56,120 nt of DNA, from contig CAZYPI010000001.1 of the NCBI GenBank assembly GCA_964649335.1, forward strand, positions 1 to 56,120, read 5' to 3'. The translations under genes and the position numbers were made by a program. Position 1 is the stretch's first letter; every line of letters begins with the position of its first letter. The notes under the pieces are model-generated. The model saw only the letters and a list, made by a program, of their open reading frames with translations, searched no databases and was not told where the DNA came from. Below, in pieces: positions 26,384 to 34,886 of this stretch. This DNA comes from an uncultured Rikenellaceae bacterium (GTDB taxonomy: Bacteria > Bacteroidota > Bacteroidia > Bacteroidales > VadinHA17).

Positions 26384-28714
26384 TTAAAACTTAAAATTAT
26401 AGGTGACGGTCGGAACAATGGAAAAGAGATAAATTTTTACGGCTTCCGTAATATTCGGGTCATCTTCCCTGGTGCGGAACATAATGGCATAGGCATTCTT
26501 ACGGGCATAGACATTGTAAACGGACAGATCCAGGCTCGATTGGAATTTTTTTTCCTGTGTCAGCCGCCAGGTGACCCCCAGGTCGAGCCGGTTATAAGCA
26601 GGCATGCGATAACCGTTCCTTTCCGTATAATAGTTGACATACTGGTTCTCAATGATATATTTCCCGCTGGGAAAGGTTACGGCATTTCCCGTATAGAAAG
26701 TCCAGGTGGCAGAGAAAGTCCATTTGTTGTTGAGGTCATACATGCCCACCACGGCAAAATCATGTATGCGGTCCTGCTTGGCGGGATAACGTTTTCCTTT
26801 ATTGATTTCCTGAAAAGTGCGGAAAGACCTGGAGAGGGTGTAGCTGACCCAGCCGTGGAACATCCCTTTGTTTTTGCGCAGGAGAAACTCCATTCCGTAG
26901 GCTTTCCCGGAACCGAACACCAGCTGTGAGACCACCAGTTCGTTTAGAAAGATATCCGCACCGTTTTTGTAGTCGATCTGGTGGAACATGTCTTTATAGT
27001 AGGCTTCCACGGATATTTCCCAGATATCGTCTTTGAAATTACGGTAATATCCGGCGGATACCTGGTTGGCGGTCTGTGGTTTTACCTGTGTGCTGCTCGG
27101 GATCCACAGGTCCAGCGGGGTTCCCGCAGTGCTGTTGGACAAAAGATGAAGATACTGATGCATGCGGTTGTAGGAGATCTTTACGGCACTGTGGGTTCCC
27201 GTTTTCAGGTTTATCAGTACGCGGGGGTCCAGGTTCAGGTAGGTCTTGATGACCTTGTGCCCGGGATACCTGGTCGTGTCGGTGACCTCTCCGTTTTCAT
27301 TGAACGCGTAAACATTCCCCGGGCCCAGTAACGAAAACGCCGATAATCTGAAGCCGTAGTGCAATGTGAGCCAAGGGGTTGCTTTCCATTCGTGTGAAAA
27401 ATATGCGGCATTTTCCAGAGCATGCATGGTCTCCATTTTCACATCATTTACCGGGAAATCGCCCGAAGAGGAGGCTTCTCCCGGCAGAAACCAGTGATAG
27501 TTGACCTTGAACCCGAACCGCAGGGTGCTGGCAGTGGATGGGTAAAACTGAAAATCCTCTTTCCAGTTAAGGTCCCTGATGGAAGAGCGCAGATTGAAGG
27601 TGTTCTCTTCATTTATGATGTTGAAATTATAGTTGTAGTTACTGTAGATAAAGGAAGTATTCAGGAAAAGACGGCCGGAGAAAAGATGATTCCATCGCAG
27701 TGTTACGGTTTGGTTGCCCCAGTCGATACCGAAAAATTTCCGGAACTTGAAAACATCCCGGCCCAGATATCCCGACAAAAAGAGGCGGTCTTTTTTCCCG
27801 AAACGGTAATTGGCTTTGGCATTGAAGTCGTAGAAAAATAAAACGTTGGAGTTGATGTTGGTATCGGGAGAGAATTTCAGAAAGAGGTCGGCATAGGTTC
27901 TGCGGCCGGTGACCATAAAAGATCCTTTGCCTTTGTTGAAGGGGCTTTCCAGTTGCAGGCGTGTGGAGATCAGGCCGACGCCTCCGCTGCCGGAGAGTTT
28001 TTTGCTGTTGCCCTCTTTCATTTTTATGTCCAGCACGGAGGAGAGCCTGCCTCCGTACTGGGGAGGCACAAAACCTTTCATGATCCTCACATCTTTGATG
28101 GCGTCGGAGTTGAACACCGAGAAAAAACCCAGCAGATGGGATGCATTGTATACCGGGGCTTCATCCAGCAAGACCAGATTTTGGCTGGCATCCCCCCCTC
28201 TAACATAAAAACCGCTGTTTCCTTCTCCCACAGGCATGATCCCCGGCAACAACTGCATGGTTTTCAGTATATCCTGTTCCCCGAAAAGTACGGGAAGGGC
28301 CTGGATATTGCGGGGGGTGAGACTGTTGGTGCCCATTTCCGCCGAACGGATCTGATAATCGGCAGCTTTGCCGGAAACGACTACCTCTTCAATGTTGTGC
28401 GGGGAAGGTGACAGCTCAACATCTTTTCTGATATCTCCCTGTATGTTGATGTCGGTTTCTATGGCCCGGTATCCGAGATACTGGTAGACGATCCTGTGTT
28501 TTCCCCGGGGCAGGGTCAGCGAGTAAAAGCCGTACTGGTTGGTAGCGGTTCCTGTTTCCAGATCGCGACTGTAAACGGTGGCTCCTATCAGCTCTTCTCC
28601 GCTTTCGGCATCCCGGACATATCCGCTCAGGATGAACTTTTCCTGGGCGGACAGCCATCCGCTCCACAGCAACAGGAGTGCCGGAAACAATGATATCTGG
28701 AATAACTTTTTCAT
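26384..28714 (-). CDS. TonB-dependent receptor (CarboxypepD_reg-like N-domain + plug + barrel)
   Basis: Signal peptide; 'LSGYVRDAESGEELIGATVY..GTATNQYGFYSL'; plug 'LLPGIMPVGEGNSGFYVRGG'; C-terminal aromatic '..TYNFKF'. Confidence 0.92.
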   Translation of the reverse strand: MKKLFQISLFPALLLLWSGWLSAQEKFILSGYVRDAESGEELIGATVYSRDLETGTATNQYGFYSLTLPRGKHRIVYQYLGYRAIETDINIQGDIRKDVELSPSPHNIEEVVVSGKAADYQIRSAEMGTNSLTPRNIQALPVLFGEQDILKTMQLLPGIMPVGEGNSGFYVRGGDASQNLVLLDEAPVYNASHLLGFFSVFNSDAIKDVRIMKGFVPPQYGGRLSSVLDIKMKEGNSKKLSGSGGVGLISTRLQLESPFNKGKGSFMVTGRRTYADLFLKFSPDTNINSNVLFFYDFNAKANYRFGKKDRLFLSGYLGRDVFKFRKFFGIDWGNQTVTLRWNHLFSGRLFLNTSFIYSNYNYNFNIINEENTFNLRSSIRDLNWKEDFQFYPSTASTLRFGFKVNYHWFLPGEASSSGDFPVNDVKMETMHALENAAYFSHEWKATPWLTLHYGFRLSAFSLLGPGNVYAFNENGEVTDTTRYPGHKVIKTYLNLDPRVLINLKTGTHSAVKISYNRMHQYLHLLSNSTAGTPLDLWIPSSTQVKPQTANQVSAGYYRNFKDDIWEISVEAYYKDMFHQIDYKNGADIFLNELVVSQLVFGSGKAYGMEFLLRKNKGMFHGWVSYTLSRSFRTFQEINKGKRYPAKQDRIHDFAVVGMYDLNNKWTFSATWTFYTGNAVTFPSGKYIIENQYVNYYTERNGYRMPAYNRLDLGVTWRLTQEKKFQSSLDLSVYNVYARKNAYAIMFRTREDDPNITEAVKIYLFSIVPTVTYNFKF

Positions 28715-28938
28715 ACGCCCGGAGCAGCTTCAGCATTGTTTTTTTTTACAGACATTAATTCAAACCGTATTATTCCCGGGTTGTAAAAGTAATATTTCTA
28801 TTCATCATTGCAGGAAACAGGCATTTTCATTTACAATAAGATAATTTTTAATACGTTCGTTTCCTTTGGAGATAAACTTTTATTAATTTACGCAGTTTTT
28901 TGAAAATAATTATTTGTTCAGTAAAAAAATTGTAAAAA

Positions 28939-30144
28939 ATGGTGAATGTAAAAAAGAAAAAAGGTGTGATTGCCATCCTGACCGGCGGGGGTGATGTGCC
29001 GGGATTGAATCCGGCAATACGTGCGGTAACGATCCGGGCCAACCGGGAAGGATACAAGGTGATCGGTTTACGGCGCGGCTGGGCCGGTATTACGGAGATC
29101 ATACGTGATCCCAAGGCGGATAACAGCCGCAATTTCATTACTCTGACGGATGATATCGTGAACAAAGCGGGACGCACCGGCGGGACGTTCCTGCATACAT
29201 CCCGTACCCGTCCGAGCCATATGCGCAAAGAGGATGTGCCCCCGCATCTGCAGGATACTTATAACAAGGATGTCAATGATATGACTCCGGAGATCCTGAA
29301 GAACCTGGAATGGCTGGGTGTGGATTATCTTATCCCCATCGGCGGGGATGATACCCTCAGCTACGGGGTGCGTCTTTATCAGGAGGGGGTGAAAGTGGTG
29401 GCCATACCCAAAACCATGGACAATGATGTCCCGGGCACGGATTACTGCATTGGTTTCAGCACCTGTGTGACGCGTACCATTGCTATGGCCAACAGTCTGC
29501 GTACTTCCGCCGGCTCGCACGAGCGTATCCTGGTGATGGAGGTGTTCGGAAGATATGCAGGATTCACCGCCATGCTGCCCACCATGGCCGGCGCTGCCAA
29601 CCGGTGTGTGATCCCCGAGTATGAGTTCGACATTGACCGGCTGACGAAGCTGCTGGTGGAAGATCGCAACCACAATCCGAGCCGCTACTCTGTGGTGCTG
29701 GTATCGGAAGGGGCTATGTTTAAAGGCGGTGAGATGATCTTTGAAAGCGAGGAAAGAGATGCGTACGGCCATGCCAAACTGGGAGGTATCGGCGACCTCG
29801 TTTCCAGGGAGATAAAAAACAGGACAGCCAAATATAACAACGGGAAAACCATCAACATCATCAACCAGAAACTGGGATACCTGGTGCGTGGCGGAGACCC
29901 CGACGCCATCGACTCCATTGTGCCGATGGCCTACGGCAACCTTGCCCTCGACCTGATCCTTTCGAAAATATACGGAAGACTGGTCGTGCTTAAAAACGGC
30001 CGGTATGATGATGTCCCCCTCGAGGTGATCACCAGCCGGAAAAAAGTGGTGAATATCCAGGAGTATTACAACACCGAAAGACTGAGACCTTTTTACCACA
30101 GCTTCGAGATGAAACCGTTCCTGCTGATGGCTTCCGAATTATAG
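28939..30144 (+). CDS. 6-phosphofructokinase, group III; the active-site residues suggest a PPi-dependent enzyme
   Basis: 'ILTGGGDVPGLNPAIRAV', 'IGGDDTLS' (Asp where ATP-PFKs have Gly) and 'PKTMDND' (Lys where ATP-PFKs have Gly). Confidence 0.9.
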   Translation: MVNVKKKKGVIAILTGGGDVPGLNPAIRAVTIRANREGYKVIGLRRGWAGITEIIRDPKADNSRNFITLTDDIVNKAGRTGGTFLHTSRTRPSHMRKEDVPPHLQDTYNKDVNDMTPEILKNLEWLGVDYLIPIGGDDTLSYGVRLYQEGVKVVAIPKTMDNDVPGTDYCIGFSTCVTRTIAMANSLRTSAGSHERILVMEVFGRYAGFTAMLPTMAGAANRCVIPEYEFDIDRLTKLLVEDRNHNPSRYSVVLVSEGAMFKGGEMIFESEERDAYGHAKLGGIGDLVSREIKNRTAKYNNGKTINIINQKLGYLVRGGDPDAIDSIVPMAYGNLALDLILSKIYGRLVVLKNGRYDDVPLEVITSRKKVVNIQEYYNTERLRPFYHSFEMKPFLLMASEL

Positions 30145-30229
30145 CCTTTTTCTCTGATAACAGGTCAACGGATCGTATTTATAATGAAGACTTGTAGTAT
30201 CTTTGCTGCAAGTCTTTTTTTTTATAACG

Positions 30230-30682
30230 ATGAGAGTAGTTATTCAGAGAGTGAATGAAGCATCTGTCCGCGTGGAAGGGAAGCGGGTAGCGTCTGTCGG
30301 CAGAGGCCTGCTGGTACTGGTGGGTATCGGCCATGACGACGGCCGGGAAGATGCGGAATGGCTGGTGAAAAAAATCAGCCAGTTGAGGATATTCAATGAT
30401 GAAAATGGGTTGATGAACCTTTCGGTGAATGATGTGGAAGGAGAGGTGCTGGTGATCAGCCAGTTTACCCTGCTGGCAAAGACGAAAAAAGGAAACCGTC
30501 CCTCCTGGGCGCACGCCGCACCCCCCGAAACGGCCGTCCCGCTGTATGAGGAATTTGTTACCCTGCTGCGGGAAAAAATAAACGGACCGGTGAAAACCGG
30601 GAAGTTCGGCGCCTATATGCAGGTGTCCCTGGTCAATGACGGTCCGGTGACCATTATTATAGATACCAAGCGAAAAGAATAA
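30230..30682 (+). CDS. dtd: D-aminoacyl-tRNA deacylase
   Basis: '[10 protein letters not shown]', 'VISQFTL' and '[19 protein letters not shown]' are canonical Dtd motifs. I prefer the ATG at 30230 over 30203. Confidence 0.93.
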   Translation: MRVVIQRVNEASVRVEGKRVASVGRGLLVLVGIGHDDGREDAEWLVKKISQLRIFNDENGLMNLSVNDVEGEVLVISQFTLLAKTKKGNRPSWAHAAPPETAVPLYEEFVTLLREKINGPVKTGKFGAYMQVSLVNDGPVTIIIDTKRKE

Positions 30683-30686
30683 AAAA

Positions 30687-31019
30687 GTGATCATGACCAT
30701 TCAGGAAGCACAAAAAACCATCGACGGCTGGATCCGTGAATATGGGGTGAGGTATTTCAATGAGCTGACCAATATGGCCATCCTGACCGAGGAAGTGGGA
30801 GAAGTTGCCCGGATCATAAGCCGCCGGTACGGAGAACAGTCGTTCAAAGAAAATGAGAAAGTAAAAGATCTGGGGGAGGAATTGGCAGATGTGTTGTTCG
30901 TGTTGATGTGTATAGCCAACCAAACCGGTATAGATCTTGAAAAAGAACTTGAAAAAACACTGAAGAAAAAAACGGAAAGAGACGCGGACAGGCACCGGAA
31001 CAATTTGAAATTACAATAA
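30687..31019 (+). CDS. MazG-like nucleotide pyrophosphohydrolase (small, single domain)
   Basis: 'LTEEVGEVARII' and 'EELADVLFVLMCIAN' are the EExxE/ExxD helices of the MazG fold. It starts 4 nt after dtd. Confidence 0.85.
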   Translation: MIMTIQEAQKTIDGWIREYGVRYFNELTNMAILTEEVGEVARIISRRYGEQSFKENEKVKDLGEELADVLFVLMCIANQTGIDLEKELEKTLKKKTERDADRHRNNLKLQ

Positions 31020-31042
31020 TACTGTTGATAACATAAAAAAAA

Positions 31043-31196
31043 ACCATGATTGATTTAATAAATACAGGAGAATGATTATTGAAACAAAAAAATTTAATGA
31101 AATGACCCCCACCCTGTGTTATTCATGAGATTATAAAACGCAGGAAGAAAATCCCTCCCCCTCGACGAGGGGGAGGGATAAAGGGAGGGGGTTAAT
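31043..31196 (+). repeat. Structured GC-hairpin intergenic repeat, copy B (transcribed sense is the plus strand)
   Basis: Inverted copy of 26231-26376 with the same nested stems. It fills the gap between the MazG-like gene and deoC. Confidence 0.85.
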
Positions 31197-31243
31197 CAAA
31201 AGGATAAGAAATAGAGTTTCAAAAAATACAAAGTTAAAAACAG

Positions 31244-32131
31244 ATGAAACATCTTATCGATGAGCTGTATGTACCGGTAAACAAGGAATTGTTGGCAAAG
31301 CAGGTGGAAAAATACCGGGCGGAAAAATCCGCACCCTGTCTGGAAGACCTGCGCAAGATATTTGCTTCCATTGATATGACTACCCTGGATGTACGGGATA
31401 CCGACGAAAAAATTGAAAAGATGTGCCGGCAGGTAAACCGGCTGCCCGAGGTATATCCTGATGCGGGGACGGTAGCCGGGATATGTGTCTATCCGGTATT
31501 TATTCCCGTAGTGAAAAAGAATCTGCAGAGGAAGGACGTGAGCATTGTCTCGGTGGCTGCCGGTTTTCCGGCGGCACAGACCTTCCGGGAAGTGAAACTG
31601 CAGGAAATTGAAATGGCCCTGGAGCAGGGGGCACAGGAGATAGATGTTGTTATTTCCGTGGGGAAGATTCTCTCCGGCAAAACCGGCGATGCTTATGAGG
31701 AGATCCGGGAGATGCGTGAAGTGATCGGAGGGAAGGGTCATCTGAAGGTGATCCTGGAGTCGGGGGTGCTGGGTGATCCTGCCCTGGTGCAACGGGCAGC
31801 CCTGGCCGCCATGGCCGGCGGCGCCGATTTCATCAAGACCTCCACGGGGAAGATACAACCCGCCGCCAGGCCGGAGGATGTGCTCGTGATGGCAGAGACT
31901 GCCCGGCGGTTTTATGAGGCTACCGGAAAGAAAACAGGCATCAAACCGGCCGGCGGCATCGCTGTGCCGGCGGAAGCATTTCTTTATCTGCAGATCGTCA
32001 GGGATATCCTGGGAGAGGAATGGACCGGCCCCAACCTTTTCCGTATCGGAGCCAGCCGCCTGGCGAATAACACCCTCGAATCCATTCAGGAAAAGATCAC
32101 CGGCAGAAAACAGGAAGTAAACTATTTTTAG
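31244..32131 (+). CDS. deoC: Deoxyribose-phosphate aldolase (long form)
   Basis: 'GADFIKTSTGK' contains the Schiff-base lysine motif. The protein is a 295-aa TIM-barrel type. Confidence 0.9.
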   Translation: MKHLIDELYVPVNKELLAKQVEKYRAEKSAPCLEDLRKIFASIDMTTLDVRDTDEKIEKMCRQVNRLPEVYPDAGTVAGICVYPVFIPVVKKNLQRKDVSIVSVAAGFPAAQTFREVKLQEIEMALEQGAQEIDVVISVGKILSGKTGDAYEEIREMREVIGGKGHLKVILESGVLGDPALVQRAALAAMAGGADFIKTSTGKIQPAARPEDVLVMAETARRFYEATGKKTGIKPAGGIAVPAEAFLYLQIVRDILGEEWTGPNLFRIGASRLANNTLESIQEKITGRKQEVNYF

Positions 32132-32167
32132 CCGGCGCGATCGTATGACGGAAACAACCAAATTTCC

Positions 32168-32175
32168 TATCTTTG
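32168..32175 (+). promoter_or_regulatory. Candidate -7 promoter box (TATCTTTG) for the DUF4271 gene
   Basis: Matches TAnnTTTG, 32 nt upstream of the ATG at 32207. Confidence 0.35.
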
Positions 32176-32206
32176 CAGCGACATCCAAACCCCTGGCAGG
32201 CTGCTT

Positions 32207-33334
32207 ATGAATCCGGAATATCACAGGTTGATCTCCTTCCAGCAGGACACCTCCCGGACCTCCATCCGGAAAGATACCGTGAGCCGGCAGGACAGCGTAA
32301 AACAAACCGGGGATACCACCCTTCGTAAGAAACCCCGGGCACTCTCCCTGGAGGCGATTGACAGTATACTCCTGCGGGGAGAACAGCGTCTGAAAAAAAT
32401 TGATTCGGTAAATCTCAGAAAAAAACAGTTGCGCCGGGCTGCTGCAAAAAAAGAAAAACCTGTTGCCCAAACCACGCTGCCGGATACCACACAACTGCTG
32501 GCACGTTTCAGAAGCTTTCGGGGAAATGACGGGCCGGAACTGCTGAACAGGGCTGGTTATCCGGATTTTTCCAGGCCGGCAGATTCAATGATGGTTTACC
32601 GGCATGTGGAAAAAACAAAAAATTTTTTCCCCGGGGAAAATGTTCATGCTTCCCAACAGCCGGTTATTCTGGAAAGAAAACCCGCATATCTGCGTGAAAA
32701 CTGGTTTCTCGGTGTTCTTTCTTTGTCATTTATATTGATCATCTGGACAAAAATACGTTTCGGGAAGCTGTTGAATGAGACCGTGACCGGGATGTGGAAC
32801 TACAAAAACTCCTTTTCCCTCTACAGGAACCGTAGCAGTTTATACCAACAGACCTCTTTTCTGTTGTTTCTCAACTATCTTTTATCGGCAGGCCTGTTTG
32901 CTTATCTCTCCCTGAAAGCTTTTCATGCCCTGCCTTTCCGGCAGGAGCTCTCTCCTTTTCTGCAATATCTGACCATTGTCTCCGGACTGGCAGGCCTCTA
33001 TTTTTATCTGGTGTTTGTGATCCGGCTGACCGGATTTTTTTCATTGTCACAGGAAACCATGTCGGAGTATTCTCATTTTACAACCCTGTTTTTTCATAAT
33101 CTGGGTATTTATCTTTTCCCCCTGAATGCACTGATCCCGTACATTGACAAAGAGATTGCCCCGTGGTTGATCTATGCGGGCTTTTTTGTCATTTCCGCAT
33201 TCTGGCTATTGCGTTTCGTCAAATTGATCATCCTGTTTATCAAAGAAAGATTTTTTTTATTTTTTATGTTTTTGTACCTTTGCGCCCTGGAAATTTTACC
33301 TGTTTTGATTTTTATACATCTTATTTTCAGGTAA
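32207..33334 (+). CDS. DUF4271-like multi-pass membrane protein with a K/R-rich disordered N-terminus
   Basis: The C-terminal ~220 aa contain 5-6 hydrophobic helices. The position directly upstream of hemD matches what I recall for DUF4271 in Bacteroidota. The family call is from memory only. Confidence 0.65.
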   Translation: MNPEYHRLISFQQDTSRTSIRKDTVSRQDSVKQTGDTTLRKKPRALSLEAIDSILLRGEQRLKKIDSVNLRKKQLRRAAAKKEKPVAQTTLPDTTQLLARFRSFRGNDGPELLNRAGYPDFSRPADSMMVYRHVEKTKNFFPGENVHASQQPVILERKPAYLRENWFLGVLSLSFILIIWTKIRFGKLLNETVTGMWNYKNSFSLYRNRSSLYQQTSFLLFLNYLLSAGLFAYLSLKAFHALPFRQELSPFLQYLTIVSGLAGLYFYLVFVIRLTGFFSLSQETMSEYSHFTTLFFHNLGIYLFPLNALIPYIDKEIAPWLIYAGFFVISAFWLLRFVKLIILFIKERFFLFFMFLYLCALEILPVLIFIHLIFR

Positions 33335-33374
33335 AGTACTGCAAAGGTTGAGGAATAACTAAAAAACGGATACC

Positions 33375-34127
33375 TTGGAAAAAATCAAGAGCATATTGAT
33401 TTCACAGCCCGCACCTGCCGACAAATCCCCTTATCATAATCTGGCAGAGAAAAACAATCTTAAGATAGACTTTCGTCCCTTCATACATGTGGAAGGGATG
33501 CCTGTGCGTGAAGTGCGGAAGAACCGGATAAACATTCTGGATCATACTGCGGTTATTCTGACCAGTAAGACGGCTGCCGATCATTTTTTCCGGGTGGCCT
33601 CCGAGATGCGTGTCAACATTCCGGATTCGATGAAATATTTTTGTGTTTCACAATCCATTGCAAACTATCTGCAGAAATACATTGTGTACCGGAAACGGAA
33701 GATCTTCTATGGCGACAAAACTTTTCAGAATCTGATGTCGCTGATCCGGAAGAACGGCAAGGAAAAGTTTTTCCTGCCTCTTTCTGATATGCACAAGAAC
33801 GACATCCCCGGGATATTGGAAAAGCATAAGATCCGTTACACAAAAGCCATTCTTTACCGTACGGTCTGCAGCGATCTTTCCGATCTGAAAGATGTCTATT
33901 ATGATGTACTGGTGTTTTTCAGTCCGACGGGGATCAAATCGCTGTTTCACAATTTCCCCGACTTCCGTCAGAACAGCACCCGGATCGCCACCTTCGGGAA
34001 ATCCACGGCACGGGCTGCAAAAGAAGCCGGGTTACGCATCGATATCGAGGCTCCCAAACCCGAAGCTCCTTCCATGGTCATGGCGCTGGACAAATATATC
34101 AGCGAATACAACAAAAACAATAAATAA
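33375..34127 (+). CDS. hemD: Uroporphyrinogen-III synthase
   Basis: 250 aa, two-lobed HemD-like pattern ('ILISQP', 'VILTSKTAADHFF', 'VFFSPTGIKSLF', 'IATFGKSTARAAKEAG'). The start appears to be a TTG, because no in-frame ATG lies upstream of the conserved N-terminus. Confidence 0.8.
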   Translation: MEKIKSILISQPAPADKSPYHNLAEKNNLKIDFRPFIHVEGMPVREVRKNRINILDHTAVILTSKTAADHFFRVASEMRVNIPDSMKYFCVSQSIANYLQKYIVYRKRKIFYGDKTFQNLMSLIRKNGKEKFFLPLSDMHKNDIPGILEKHKIRYTKAILYRTVCSDLSDLKDVYYDVLVFFSPTGIKSLFHNFPDFRQNSTRIATFGKSTARAAKEAGLRIDIEAPKPEAPSMVMALDKYISEYNKNNK

Positions 34128-34176
34128 ATCCGGTGAGGAAACCGGCTGTGGCAGACGGTTTCTTCATTGAATCATA

Positions 34177-34578
34177 ATGAGACTTTACCGGCTGAAAAAG
34201 GAAGAACGCCTTTCGGGAAAAAAACGGATCGAAGAATTGTTCCGGGAAGGCAGCTCTTTTTTTTATTCCCCGTTTCGTGTTCTCTGGAAATTCCGTGGAG
34301 ACGGGCATCCCGCTGTTCCTGATGCCCGGATCGCCATTGCCGTGTCGAGGAGGAATTTTAAGAAAGCGGTCCATCGCAATCTTATCAAAAGAAGAATACG
34401 GGAGGCTTACAGGAAAAATAAATCCGTATTGACGAAATGGCTTCGGGAAAAAATGCTTACAGTAGATGTGGTTTTTGTCTATACCGGATCACAAATTTTA
34501 TCCTACCGGGATATAGAAGAAAAAATAATCATAACTTTGCGGAAGATCATTGAGGAAAATGAAAAAGGCACTGACTAA
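34177..34578 (+). CDS. rnpA: Ribonuclease P protein component
   Basis: '[18 protein letters not shown]' and the RNR-type motif '[16 protein letters not shown]'. Confidence 0.9.
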   Translation: MRLYRLKKEERLSGKKRIEELFREGSSFFYSPFRVLWKFRGDGHPAVPDARIAIAVSRRNFKKAVHRNLIKRRIREAYRKNKSVLTKWLREKMLTVDVVFVYTGSQILSYRDIEEKIIITLRKIIEENEKGTD

Positions 34579-34780
34579 ATTGCTGATAGGATTGATCAAA
34601 CTGTACCAGATGACCATATCCCCTTTGTTTCCGCATGTGTGCAGATATACACCCACCTGCTCCACCTACAGTGTGGAGGCCTTGAAAAAACACGGCCCCC
34701 TGAAAGGCGGATGGCTGGCCCTGAAACGGATTATCTCCTGCAATCCGTGGGGCGGGCACGGTTATGACCCCGTGCCCTGA
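34550..34780 (+). CDS. yidD: Membrane protein insertion efficiency factor YidD
   Basis: '[59 protein letters not shown]' is the YidD signature. It overlaps the end of rnpA. An alternative start lies at 34559. Confidence 0.92.
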   Translation: MRKMKKALTKLLIGLIKLYQMTISPLFPHVCRYTPTCSTYSVEALKKHGPLKGGWLALKRIISCNPWGGHGYDPVP

Positions 34781-34886
34781 AACCGGGAAAAACAGGAAAC
34801 AACCGTTAATCTTTGTTAAAAATATCTCTGCTTTTTTAATTTTCTTTTAAAATAATATCTATTTTGCACGCTGTTTAAATGTTAAG

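Noticed and set aside
28715-28938. Riboswitch (for example cobalamin or thiamine) upstream of the TonB receptor at 26384-28714
   Set aside because: The 224-nt divergent spacer is AT-rich and lacks the GC-rich conserved cores of those riboswitches. It looks like a plain divergent promoter region.
26231-31196. The idea that the two inverted repeat copies delimit a composite transposon or an invertible DNA segment
   Set aside because: - The enclosed genes are housekeeping (TonB receptor, PFK, dtd, MazG-like).
- No transposase, integrase or invertase lies inside or adjacent.
- The copies lack terminal-inverted-repeat structure.
- Both are oriented with local transcription, which fits a dispersed intergenic RNA/DNA element better.

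Recombination between the copies remains possible but is not indicated.
31196-32494. 432-aa minus-strand ORF spanning deoC and the start of the DUF4271 gene
   Set aside because: It is antisense to deoC, which has the unambiguous 'FIKTSTGK' active-site motif. The ORF crosses an intergenic region and two genes, and its composition is not protein-like.
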